A stretch of DNA of 61,384 bases, filler included, from Platydemus manokwari (Eukaryota): assembly GCA_037951405.1 (NCBI GenBank). It is 6 parts of 6 records of this genome, joined end to end, with 100 filler letters (N's around TTAATTAATTAA, not from the genome) between each part and the next. Parts side by side here need not be neighbours in the genome. Positions count along the whole stretch, not along the records: positions 40,946 to 50,045 come from JBBMOY011299428.1; positions 50,146 to 61,384 come from JBBMOY010823314.1; 4 more parts are not named here. One strand, 5' to 3'. Shown piece by piece: positions 41,290 to 54,349 of the stretch; the first letter of the stretch is position 1; each line of letters starts with the position of its first letter. A model generated the notes under the pieces. That model searched no databases and had not been told where the DNA came from. It was given only the letters and a program-made list of their open reading frames with translations. Position numbers and translations under genes: made by a program.

Positions 41290-41760
41290 AAACATGGTGA
41301 GTGGGAAATCAACCGCAGTTGCATTTTAACCAATTGTCGTATCTTTTCATCAAAGCCTTTTGTGAGGAGAGGAAAGAGATAAAATACTGACTTCTCTGAT
41401 TCAAATATGAAATAACAATCTAGATTGTGAAAACACTTTAAAGGCGGTTAGCTTTTAGCTCGGATGTAATTTCGTGTTGCAAATCATTTCGAAGTCAGAG
41501 ATGATATTGTTTAAAATATCATCAATATCTTTACCGAATGGGACTCCAAGATATTTATATCGATTATCACAATCAACTATCGAAACTACACTATCGCAAA
41601 TAGATAACTCACTTTTTAATTCACTATTATTACAATAATATCCACACTTACTAGGATTGAAAGTCAAGCAAACCTTTGAAGCCAAACTTACAATTCTATC
41701 TAACCTATCAGCAATCCCAGCTGCGTCCAAAGAAATAACAACCAAGTTATCAGCAATTAA
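41290..41760 (-). mobile_element. R2/NeSL-like non-LTR reverse transcriptase fragment
   Basis: IADNLVVIS (cf. FADDL)...LTFNPSKC...RYKYLGVPFG...TKLHPS*KL, then GFDEKIRQLVKMQL; RT domains 5-7 plus thumb. Confidence 0.85.
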
Positions 41761-44700
41761 AGTGAAAAAATTTCAAACATCGACATTGCCCTTGCCGCAT
41801 GGACAAAGAATAAAAAAACAAAGTTTATAAAATCTTAAAAGAATATTCCATTTGCACTGAGGCTTACGAAGAAAAAGAGGAGACCGAAAAGACGGAAAAT
41901 TGTCCAAAAATCAATTAAAAATTAATAAAGGGTTGTCGCATTGACGTTAAAGGCCATAACTAAACCATCAAGAATACCAAGCCCCTATTATGAGATGGAA
42001 CATCCTCAACCAGTATACAAAGATAATTTAATCACCTTGGATATGGGCCAAGTGGTTATAATAAGCATCTCAATACATTGTTAAATACTCAAAAGAAAAT
42101 AGCTATGGATGGGTGGAGGCATCCTTTACAGTCCCGGAGTAATGTTTGAAAGGTGTTAGAATGAATTGAGCTGGATGCTGAAGGAAATTGGAATGGCATC
42201 GTTAACTGTGAAAACAAACAAGGTATAGAAAGTTGCTCTAAGTGAGAAAGCTGAACAGATAAAAGCGGAATCAATAATCCTTAATGCAATGACGATCAAT
42301 TTCTTCTAGATGGTGGGATCTCCACGAGCGTGTGAGCATCAATTGGGAGTTTGACCACTGACAAGCTTGACCACTTAAATTAACTAAACTATTTAATTTA
42401 AATTTTTATTTGATTGTCTCTGGTTTGTAACTTGAAATATGTATAATTCCAAGGCTTTCCTTGCATTATAAATATGAACTAGCATTTTTGTATAATGAAT
42501 AGCATAATGATAAACATAATGGTATAAATATAAATATAAATGTCAAAATACTAATGAGAGATGAGTATAAAAAGTTATCTACAACTAATAAAAAAATTAT
42601 ATTCTGAATTTGAAATTAACCAAATATGAAAGCCATTGTATAATTAATAATATATATTTTTATCCTTATGGGGTTTCGACAATTCAAGCAGTTTGTGAAT
42701 TCTTTTATAACGAAAAGATTGTTTATAATGAAAATAAAAATAAAATATCAAATTTAGGATAATCCTAAAATGATTTCGGTTCTGTAAATTAGAAATGTCT
42801 TGAAAAAAGTGTTGAAGAGATAAAAAATTATTAAAGAGTTTTTTAAACATGAAAGGTAACAAAAAGATTAGAATTTTTATTTCTATATCAAGTAAAAGAT
42901 CTAAATTAATTGGAAATAATACAAAAGATCAGAAATCAGAGATTTATTTGAATAAAACTATCCTTATCTGGAGTACTAATAAATTTTTTATTTAAAAATG
43001 AAAATCCGACATGGATAGCAATTCAGTAAGAGCCCTTATTTTCAGTCATTTCTCCATTTCTTGATCACTAGAATGGTATGTACTTCAACTTAATGTGATG
43101 AATGATGTCAGAAACTCCATTTTCTTCTAAATATACTGATTTATTATTTTGAGTATGCTATTATTTTTTAGAAATATAGGTTGGAATTCCTGTGTAATCT
43201 TACTAGTGATTTCCATTACCTTTAATGACATAAACATTTATTTTGGCATTATTATCTTTGTCAAATAATTCAATTTCATCAATAGGCTTTGAAAAAGCCA
43301 AGCCGTTTTGATTTAATTTATCGATATTTTTGATACTCACCAGGTCTATTGGGGCGTTTTATCCCCTCAGATGGGTGTGAATAAATTAATGTTTTTTAAA
43401 TAATTTTCGGTCTAATAATAAATAATTCGAGATTTTTTACAGACTTTCAATCGTCAAAGAGAAAAAGGATAAAGGTTGGATTCTTATGAGCCTCAAATTC
43501 TGTTACATTTCGATGGAAAGTACATTATCGAGTTTAAATCTGTCTTTAAAATTAAAATCGAATAAATATTCAAAAAGTTACTCGAATTAAAAATGTAAAG
43601 AAAGCTTACATATTACAGCCGCGACAGCCAAACGTTTTATGGATCAAAAATTTCGTATTCGCGTACCAACTATTCTAATCTGTTTCTCTTATTTCGAATT
43701 TCATTTCAAAACCAAACCAACTTTAGCTAGATTACTATTATCCTTTGTAATCATGGAAATGATATCTCTAGAAAATTATAACTTACACAATGCCAAATAC
43801 CGACAAGAATCGGAACCATAAAATTAACAAAAAACCTTTACAAAAAAACCTTGCATGATCGACTTAGTACCTCATCTCCTTCTTTGAAATTTCGTTTAGT
43901 TGTTGCTTTTCTAACGTTATTTTGTTTATCTAACATGCTCTTCTTTAACTCTTCTCTGCCTGTTCCAATATTTTTAATTATATTTTTAATTTTTGAGAGA
44001 TTAAAATAATTGTCTGAACAAGATAAATATTAAATATTTTTAATATAATCCATTAACATATTTTATATAATTATTAGTCGTTATTTAAATTTTAAATCTC
44101 ACAAAACCCTTGGAGAATATTATTGTAACAATATTCAACAAATATATGAGATATTTATAATATTGTACCGAAATATATTTTAATCGGGATAATTATAAGC
44201 GCCGACAAGGTATGCATAAAAGTTAGAATCATCACAACTGGCCCTGTTAGTTAGAAACCACTAGTGTAAGCGTAATCTGTAATCTGAAGAATCTTCAATC
44301 ATATTAGCCATAAGGTCTTCGATATTTGAGTTACTCCAGTGACCATCAGCAGCCCACGTTTACAATTATGGTAGCCTTATAAGTAAATGATTTCAATATT
44401 TCAATTTATTTCAACATTGCTCCTTTCAATGAAATTTGATTAAACTGATGTCAAACAAAAACAAATTTAAATATGACGTCTTAAGTGTTGCTAAAATTAG
44501 CAACACATAAAGACCAAACATGTGCACACAAATGTGACGCATGAGAACTACAATATCAGTATATAGGTACAAATAAATTCAGCCGGCTTGCAGTTTATTT
44601 CACGCGCTCAAGACATTGAATAAACATCGATTGTTACGAAGAATTTGCAATATTTATCGTTACGAAGAAACTTTTTTATCCGACGATAGCTATGGTTGAT

Positions 44701-45652
44701 TTAAAATTTACTGAGGTCACTACTTATGTCCCACCTTTATTGATCACAATGGTGATTTGCTATCTAGTTGGGCAAATCAGAATTTTGTCGTGAAAATTAT
44801 TATTCACAATGATTATTAATTTTTAAACTATTATTTTTAATATAAGAGAATTCGAACACTTCCTATGCATAAGTCCATGTTATTATTATGGATTTAAGTC
44901 TCAGTAATTTTTTATTCATTCTAATTCCATCCAAAAGCCATTTCAAAAAGATATAATAATGTTGTCGAAAATTCGATTCTTTATAGGGGTTCACAGCAAA
45001 TTTTTTCATTACTTGGAGCCGTCAGCGACGTGACTATCATGATTCTGAATTTACAAATTGATCCGTTTACTAATCCGTTTAATTGGTGCTGATAAGACCA
45101 GCTAAACAGCTGACTAATACCGACGAATTCTCAAACATAAACTATTCTTATTTCTTTTCTTGTATTTATATTAAGGTTAAGTTAAACACGATATATCGAA
45201 AAGGCACTTGCCAATCATCAATTCTCCAGGCAATGTATAATAAAATAAGAAATTTGGAAAAAAAATATCTACCATTGACGTAAATAAATGATATTAAATT
45301 TCAAGTCAAGGAATAAATTAATTGATAAACTGTGGCCACAATAACTTCTAAGAATTTAATATATTCAAAATTTAGCTTTGAGCTTATCATGAATAACAAC
45401 TATTTTTAAAGGAGCGAAGATTAATGACACATAGGCACTGGTTTATATTGATGATATTTATAATAATCATTATTAGTACACAAGTAAAATATCAAGTCAA
45501 TTGATGATAAAATCAATTTGAAAAACATAAAATGAAACAAATAAAGTTATGGAATGAGAAGTTCAAGTGAAAATGCCAATGATTTTGTTTATTCCTAATC
45601 GCTATATCAAAATGTCGATGAAAATGAAATGTTTTTGCAGTTTAACTTTGAA

Positions 45653-46654
45653 TTAATTTAAGCCATACGATCCTCCAGCATTGTTGTAAAGGTGACAACG
45701 ATTACCCGATTCCATTGTAAATGAAACACAATCCGGATTGAGAAAACAACTCTGGCCACATTGCAAATGAGATAAATTCTCAATGACTTCAATCGGATTG
45801 ATTTTTTTGTATTCATATGGTTTTTCTTTGAAGATAACTGAAAATATCTTAAACATCAAAATAAAGATAAACAATAATTACATGTCGCAGGATTTGACTT
45901 CACATATCGAGCTTCAAAAATATCAACTTCACAAAAATTGAGAGGTTCTGCTTCTTTTGATTTAGATATCACTATCGTCCTGGCAACCTAAATATATTGA
46001 GCATCAGAGTATGAAGTGATCTTAGTTCAAAGTTTTACAATCCCTTTCAGACTAATGTTAACAATATTTTCCGGTGCACTCTTGTTACCACGGTAATAAC
46101 CGATTTTGAAGAAATCAGATGAGTTCATTACAAATCTATTTCTAAAATTCAGACTCGCATAAAATGTTAACAGGGTTGTCCTTTCAGCTTAAATATATCG
46201 ATTAAATTTGCAAATAATAAAATATAAATCAATAAACTGCAGCAATCAGTTCTGGCATAAATTCGAATCATTGAAACATCAGAAATGTTTTTCAGTACCA
46301 CAAGCCACCATTTATCGAAATTAGCGAAAAAGCTATGGTAACAAGTATCTAAAAAATTTTATATAAACTTATATTATTCAATATTTTACAAGTAAGTGAA
46401 TTTTCATTGTAATTCCCGTCGACAGCGTTTGATGGTGAGAAACTTAACGTTTGATATTGATATGTATTTAAAGCGAATGTTGGCTGATTCCTGGACACAA
46501 GTTTTCCTAAATATTGAAAAATTATCAAAAGAACCAAATAATTAAAAAAAAACCAATTTCAGCTGAATCTATCAGACCAATCAGCCATAGATTCAGAGAA
46601 AGCATTTCAGACTGAGAGATGAAACAAATCACAATCAATAAATAGCTATAGGAA
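45653..46654 (-). CDS. Secreted F-type lectin (fucolectin/FTP domain) + PAN/apple domain protein (start exon not located)
   Basis: Exons 46654-46554, 46506-46390, 46348-46238, 46187-46039, 45987-45882 and 45837-45653 are GT-AG and phase-compatible. Hydrophobic N-terminal stretch YLLIVICFIS; FTP motifs PSNAVDGN, TCYHS...KWWLVVL...IRIYARTDCCTER, PLNFCEVDIF; PAN motif SHLQCGQSCFLNPDCVSF...CHLY. Confidence 0.85.
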
Positions 46655-48749
46655 CTGGAAAATAATTTTATTCGTTGACCAATGATATTCATTGGTTGAA
46701 ACTAAATAGTGGATTTAGTAATTAGTTAGTATTTCTGACAATAAATGAGAAGCCGTAATATTAATCAAGAATCCAATCATTTTTTAAAATAATATGTCAA
46801 ATGATTACTCATAAACAGTACACTTAATTGATTTGAAGTTGAATGACAATAAGTAGAAATATAATTGTGTGAATTTTGAATGCTTTGCCTTTACTAATAT
46901 TTCTTAACAAAACAGTAAAACAAAAATATTACACCTGTATAATACATTAATTTGAGAACAAATAATAAATATAAGATATATTTCATTATTATGAAATCAG
47001 TGAAAAATACAAGAAACAAAATTCAGGAATTTTTTGAAGGATATTACTTAGTTTATTAATTGATATTAGTTGATTACGATTCTTTATTTACTCCAAATCC
47101 TTTGAAAACACTGTGTCAGAGAGAGTATTTTATTGCTGTTGTCAGGCACAATTACTTATAGTCATGATTTCTCTAAAACTGTAATAAAGTACAATTTCTT
47201 GCATAGAAAAAAAACGTTATCGATTACCATAATATTAAAAACATGACAAAATGCGCATTCGCAATCGATTTATTGCTGGATTAATATATTAAAACTAAAA
47301 ATTTCCAGATAATGAACTAACTTATGAATCCAGGAACACATGTATAAATTACTGCCTTAATTGTGAATATTTATTCGTCGAATGTATTTTATTACTAAAC
47401 TGATACCAACAATTATCAAATCTATTATTATCTAAAATATCGAGACTCGCTCTTAAATTATAATCTTACAAACCGTTAAAATGATCAAAGTAATTGCAAA
47501 GCCATTCTCTACCATATTTAATTGTTTTTCGTAAGTCTTTTCTTTCATTTTCATCAATAATATATTAGATTGGGGATTTTATTGATGAAAAATTGTAAAT
47601 TTTAATTAAATCAGAATAAATAATTATTTTTTTCATTTATTTGTCATTCATTATGGTATTTATTAGCAATAAAGTGTTTTACAAGTTCTCATTAACTAAT
47701 TGAAATGCTTCGAACGACAACATATGCGTCTGATACGATGAGAACATATACAAATAAATATAAATTACGAAATTTAAATGATTCTAAAATTTCCTGATAT
47801 TTATTTTTAAAATATTTAATTTCAAAATTATTTTGTTGGAAAAATATGGTTTGAAATGAACAAAACATTAATTTGTTAATCTCTTTAAAATGCTCTAGCA
47901 AACTCAATTAAGAAATAATTATTATCACAATGCTATGAGAACATATAATTTGTTGAAGATTTTAGTAGAGCGTCCAGCTAGTTAGTTTTACTCGATATAC
48001 GTCGTTTCACAAAAATCACTATGGTTTCTCTCATGTAATTTGAATTTGCTATGTTCATATTTTCTCTTTACCAAATTACGTCCACTCAATTCATTTTATC
48101 TCATGACTGATATGTAACCAATGGTTTCTCTACATATCACTATACTTTCATATGATCTAAATATAGTTAACGAAGCAATAATTTCGGGTTTTTCTTTACA
48201 AATACTGCTGTTGATTATTAATTTAAAAAATTCTGTACCATTTATCTACTTCACTATCAGCTGAAAATAGATTTAATCATCAGGCCACAAAATTTTGGGT
48301 TTGTATTTTCAAAATTATTATTCATTATTAAATATAGATAATATTATATTAAATAAACTTAAATTTGAATTAAAAATATATCAAAAACGATTATTATTAA
48401 ATTTTGGAAATCCAAAATGAATGAAATGAACCATTACATTTCATTTTAGTCCAATGCAATTCGAGTAAATATTATTTGTTAAATACTATAGATATGGTCT
48501 GAGACTTATTGATAGATTATTCAATACACATTTAATAATTTTTTCTTAGATTTTCCGAATGTTCCGCAAATGAATTGAATTTTAAGGTGTATGATTTTAC
48601 CAATTCAAAATGTAGTTTCCTCGTGTCAGTTTAAGTTTTTCAGTTGATTTGAATTATATCCAGACTTTGAAAATATACGAATCATAAGAAATTAGGTAAA
48701 GTTAATTCTGACGTGTTTCTAATGTAATCTAAAGTATGAATTAAAAATA

Positions 48750-49162
48750 TTACTGGTCAATGGAAAAAATATATTTACAATTCCTATAGCTATTTATTGA
48801 TTGTGATTTGCTATACCTTATCATGTGAAATTGTTTTTCTGAATCTATGGCTGATTGGTCTAACAAATTCTAGTAAGGTATTGAATAATCTTGTGGTTTA
48901 CTAAAGCAGTATTTTATATTCTTGTTACCATAGTCTGTTTGCTAATTTTAGCAAATGATAGCTTGTCGTTTTGAAAAACTTTTCTAATATTTCAATGATT
49001 CGAATTTGTCCCAGAAGTGATTTCTGCGGTTTATTGATTTTTATATTATTATTTGCAAATATAATCGAAACATTTCATCTGAAAAGACAACTCTGATATC
49101 ATTTTGTGGCAGTCTAGTTTTTCGAAAGAGATTTTAATTAACTCTTCTGATTTCAAAATTGA
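48750..49162 (+). pseudogene. Inverted, decayed partial copy of the F-type lectin gene
   Basis: Aligns by eye to 46680-46100 (TTCCTATAGCTATTTATTGATTGTGATTTG, CTGAATCTATGGCTGATTGGTCT, TTCAATGATTCGAATTT). TGG TGG has become TGA TAG, acceptor AGs are lost and most of the second exon is missing. Confidence 0.88.
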
Positions 49163-49949
49163 TGATTTCAATCATTAGCCTTTTCAAATTGAATAAAGCT
49201 ACTTTAATATATACACACTCACAAACTTAGACAGAAGTACATATTTAGTTCTAAGCCAATTTACAGAGTTGTAGACCGATGTTTAAATTTGAATATACAC
49301 ATGGCTAACGTTGATACATATGCAGTGACTTATCAATCCAGGTTAACATAAAATAATGGGGTCATTCATAACTTGGATATAAAAATGGAAAGGAATTCGA
49401 GCACACATATCTCAAGTATGGTCTTGATTTTAATTATCATAATAGACATTTATTGTTAACTCTTTGTCTTAATTTATCAAAATCAGGCTTTAATTAATGG
49501 TTGCGACAATTCTTCACTGACTCGTATAAAATGCACATCAACCAAAATATTTTAATCGATCTTATTATTATGCTAAATAGTTCGTTACATAATGATTACC
49601 TTTATTATTTGACTATTAGGTTCGTGCACTTGTTTTTTCATTGAAGTTGACCATTGGTTTTATTATTGTGGCAAACTGATCTAGCGGCACCATTGAATTT
49701 TTGGGATTTCTCGATTTTGATAGCGACTTGATTACCGTCGATTCATTCATTAATTTTATTCAAAGGATTTAAAAATCCAATTTTATATATTAATTTATTT
49801 AAATAAAGCAAATTAAATATAAGTTGGTTTCATTTCAGTTGGTTTTAAATACGTTCTTTATTAAATAGTAGAAAATGAATAAAGCATTTTTATTATAATT
49901 TTTATAAATATATTGATAATAATAATTATTATTAATATTTAAATTGTTA

Positions 49950-49968
49950 TCATTACTATTACTATTAC

Positions 49969-50026
<58 letters not shown>

Positions 50027-50045
50027 GTTATTATTATTATTATTA
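49950..50045. repeat. (ATT)n microsatellite at contig end
   Basis: Long near-perfect ATT run up to the gap. Confidence 0.95.
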
Positions 50046-50145
50046 NNNNNNNNNNNNNNNNNNNNNNNNNNNNNNNNNNNNNNNNNNNNTTAATTAATTA
50101 ANNNNNNNNNNNNNNNNNNNNNNNNNNNNNNNNNNNNNNNNNNNN
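50046..50145. other. Artificial contig spacer
   Basis: N44-TTAATTAATTAA-N44. Confidence 0.97.
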
Positions 50146-52779
50146 TGTACAAACGGATTCCAGCTTAAATTATTAGTATAAGTTATGTCTCTTAGTAAGC
50201 TTTCATTGACTGTTTACAGATATTATTTAAATTACATTAATTAAATATTCCATTTAGTTAATTATGAAATTATAGTTTTAATGCAACAAAGATAACAAAA
50301 TCTGTTTATTTCTTGTTGAAGAAACACTTGTAATTTTTACAAGAATAATAGATCAATTCAATATTGCCATAGCCAGGTTATTATATATTAATAAAGAATC
50401 AAAGAATGAATATTATGAGAAAAAATTCAAAGTATAGCCTGGTGAATACTGAAAATTGTTTATTAAACAGAAGTGAAAATTAATATAATCGAAAATCTAA
50501 TTTAACAAATTATATCACTAATCAATAAAAGAACATTTGAATTTTTGCTCGAATGGTTCTGTCAGAGAAAAACGCAAAAAAAGGAACTTCAGATAGGCTT
50601 TTCATGCTATTAATATATCATAATTAAGAATATTAATACTTATATTTAGGATTAACTTGGGTTACACATCAAAGAAAACTCCACACTAATATCTATTATC
50701 TTCTTCAAACGAATTTTTCAACAAACTTGACTCCCGTTATTCAAATATAATTTCATTTAAACATAAATAGATTAGTAAAAAATCAAATTTTAAGTTGTGA
50801 TTTTAAAATAACAATTTTTGTAAATATGAAAGGTAATAATTAACTTATAAATACGCTGAGAATTTCGGTACACAGCCCCTAGTGTACAGTCCAGATATCA
50901 ACATTTTAAACGGTGAAATCCATCGACATTAATTGAAATATATCAATACCTTCAAAATCAAAATTCTCTAACATAAATCTCTCTGAAATCCTTCACCATA
51001 ATTATCTCTAGCTCAGTGGTTTGGGTTCAAAAGAACCGAAGGTTTCAATATGTATTTCACGAACAGGAATAACTACAATACTGAACAAATTTCATAAATA
51101 AATATAAAACAACAGCATAAAATTTTATTACTAATCTTCATTTGGCCATCTTCACATCAGCATTTGTATCTAATTTTGGTATCATGTTTTGATCTAATCT
51201 TTTATTTTTAAATTTCCAATTTGATTTATTGATTTCATGGTGATAAGTCAAACCATACGCGTTTTTCTGTGTGACTATATCCCATTTTCGAATAGTAATG
51301 TTTCATTTAGGATAGTTGTAATTGATTTATTGCCAGGCCTACATGGCTGTGTTGGCATGCAAATATTTAAAGTACTGAAATAATGGTTTCTGTGTACAAA
51401 ATCGTTTTTCTTTCGCAATATTTCATCTCTACTCAACTTATTTCCCTTCCCAAGAAGATTTTGTCCCAGTGTCTTTACAACAAACTCAGACTTGACTTAT
51501 TTTAAGTTCTTCGCTAAACTAAATTTGAATTTACTCAATAATGAATATTTCATCGATTGCATTTCTCCAGAAATTTGTCTAGTGGTTATCATCAATGATA
51601 ATTTAATGATAAGTTAACTAAAGTCATTGGTTGACATACGAAAGATTTTCTTCCTTGAAGAAAATTAAGTAACTCTTAATATGATAGTTAAAATAGTGTA
51701 AATGATACGATAGATGAATTGAGGTGATTAATTAAAGTTAAAGATGGCGCATAATCCTAGTTTTCTCTTAATACTGGACCCTGTAAAGGGAAGATGGCGG
51801 TAGATGCATCCTGAAAATGTATCGATATTGCCACGAAGCAAAGTCACATAACCGTAGCGTCGGCGCTGATATGATAATTCCTGGGCTTGGTCGACCAATT
51901 GTTAGGCAATTTGTGGAAAAGTTGATGTAATAGCCTCAAGTTATTGAAATGGTATTTGGCCAGTAAGATATTAAAAATCAATTGAGTTATTATCGATGAT
52001 GAGGATTACTTCAAAAATATATTTATTTATCTTTTTTGAAGTTAATTAAAATATATTCACATAAAAATTAAGAAGTAAACAATTATTATGAGTAATCATT
52101 ATGAGTATCATGATAGTCGTCGCAGCAATACTATTAGGCTGTGAATCAACGACTAAAGTATGAATAGAGACATAAGGCTCGATAAATCAAGATAGTTGTG
52201 AAGACAAAACTCGTGGGCTTGTTATAAAACGCAGTGATTTCTCTGAATATTTCAGCATTCTGAATTTTTTTTGTTGGAACTTGATTATGTTTGCAAAATT
52301 TCTAGTTTCACCAAAGATCACTGAAGTTGTTGAACAATTTCCATGATGACAGAATTTTTCTCTGTAGGAATTTTTTTGAACGAAATCATTTATCGAGAGC
52401 TATGTTTTCGTAAAAATTATTTAATAATGGGTTTTATTATTTTCATGTTTCCGCTAATATATTTTAATAATGATTTATCCATGATTTATTATCATTATTT
52501 TCACTTTATTATTTGATATTGGATTATTTGCTGAGTCCTAGAAACTAAGTTATTTTATTTTAAACGAGTTTTTCTTATTAGTTATTCGAGAAATTCGAAT
52601 GATTTAGTTCAGGGTTCTCCAAAGCTTACTATGAAACACACGAACATTATGACAAAATTAAGTGATACACATATTTATGATAATCGCGGTATTTTTAATG
52701 ATGTTTCATCGCGTTTTTAGATATGTTCCAGAGCGCCTAGAGTTACGAAAATTACATAGATTATTCTATTTTCTGTTAT

Positions 52780-52848
52780 CTTTGGCCCTCAAAATTTAAA
52801 AAAATCAGCAATGTGGCCCTTTGCTGAAAATGTTTGGAGACCCCTGTC
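52780..52848. mobile_element. hAT (Charlie-like) transposon terminus
   Basis: TGGCCCT...TGTGGCCCTTTGCTGAAAATGTTTGGAGACCCCTG resembles the typical hAT/Charlie terminal sequence; no partner end confirmed. Confidence 0.4.
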
Positions 52849-54182
52849 CTAAATAATTAAAAAAAATTTAAATTTACCCTTGTTTTAATTGGTATGAAAT
52901 TATATTATTCAACAAATACAAGTAGAGTTTGTTTAAGTTCATTCATGAACATTTTCATAATATTTTAATATCGAAAAAGTACAAAAACATCATGATGCTA
53001 ACAAAAAATCTAAAATAATTATTTATAATATTTGTATTTATTATTCATCTTGTTTATAAATTAGTTTTATTTTGTTTCCACATTAATCTTTAATGAAGGT
53101 AAAGAAGCATCTTTACACCGTGTCATCATTTGTAAAGACAAAAGAAAAATTAAACAATTCTCAGAAATCTAATCATATTCCTTGACAACATTCGGTCAGT
53201 GATTGGTAGAAAGTTTCTTTCATAGTCATTTTCAAAAAGATGAAAATTCGTTTAAGTGCTTTATCTGCATGAAATTGCAGTTTAAAATTGAGACTTATTA
53301 TTTATACACAGTGGAAGATTGAGAGAGACTGTTGAAGTAAACAAAGTAACTACTTTTAGAGTTTGATTAAGAATGATATTTAAATATTAAAGAAAAAACA
53401 ATTTGATGTATGTAATAGCTGTTCTAACTTGTATCGAGACGTCTTAACCACATAGTTCAACTTGACAAAAACTTCCAAACCATCAATAAAGTCAACACAA
53501 TATCAGATTTTTATCTTATTCTTTTGTTATGTTAAATAAGATATGTTTTTATTTATCTTGACTTCTAAAAGACTCTGACGAACCATTTTTGTCCATTTCA
53601 TTTGTTATATATAGTGGTATATAATAAAGAGATATAGAATTAAAACAAAATGAAACAATAATGTTTATTTGATTAAAACAAATAAATTAAAACAGAATTT
53701 ATTTAAAAGGATAGCCTGGTGCGTAAGCACATTGGCATACTAAAACATGAAAATGTAATGCAAAATAAAATATTGTCAACATACTTAATATGTAATGAAT
53801 TTTTAAATTTAAACAAAATTTTCTGTGTGATTTATATAATATTTGACAACATTTATACTAATTGATAATATGTAGTTTATATAATAATTCTAATTAATTA
53901 TAACTTTAATTATTATTTTTAATTAATTATCAAATTGAGTCACGATCATCCATCATACTCGTAACTCAATCTGTAATCTATTTTGAATTGTATTTCTTCT
54001 CCAAATGGATTTATCGTGACGGCAAAAATGCGTCAAAATTTATTGCCTATGAACGCTTTAAAATCCCGTCGGGTTTTGGGTGAATTTTTAGCTACAATAT
54101 AGTAATCATGTGTTTCGGATTACTTGATAAATTGGTCTCAAAATTAGTATATTAAAAGGATAGTTATTTCATATATTTCTTT

Positions 54183-54235
54183 TAGTCCTATCCGTCTCTG
54201 ACACTGATAAGGCCCACAGAATGCCGAAATAGAAC
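54183..54235 (+). ncRNA. Type III hammerhead ribozyme motif, copy 1 (degenerate core)
   Basis: UAGUCCUAUC (AUC site after 54192), short stem I GUC/GAC, CUGAUAA (G8 changed to A relative to CUGAUGA), stem II GGC/GCC, GAAA, then UAGAAC as a stem III partner with one mismatch. Confidence 0.6.
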
Positions 54236-54287
54236 ACCATCCGTAACCACCATCACTGCAGCTATCGCTCTTGAAGGCTCCGAGAGA

Positions 54288-54349
54288 TAGTCCTATATAT
54301 CTCTGAACCGGGATACTGATGAGGCCTGCTGGGGGTCGAAATAGGACTA
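54288..54349 (+). ncRNA. Type III hammerhead ribozyme motif, copy 2 (intact core)
   Basis: Stem III UAGUCCUAU (54288-54296)/AUAGGACUA (54341-54349); AUA cleavage triplet (after 54297); stem I UAUCUC/GGGAUA with loop UGAACC; CUGAUGA 54316-54322; stem II GGCCU/GGGUC; GAAA 54338-54341. Confidence 0.88.

Noticed and set aside
51200-51960. Possible Harbinger transposase remnant on minus (RMSTNDFS..RNAI)
   Set aside because: One faint motif only; too degenerate to support.
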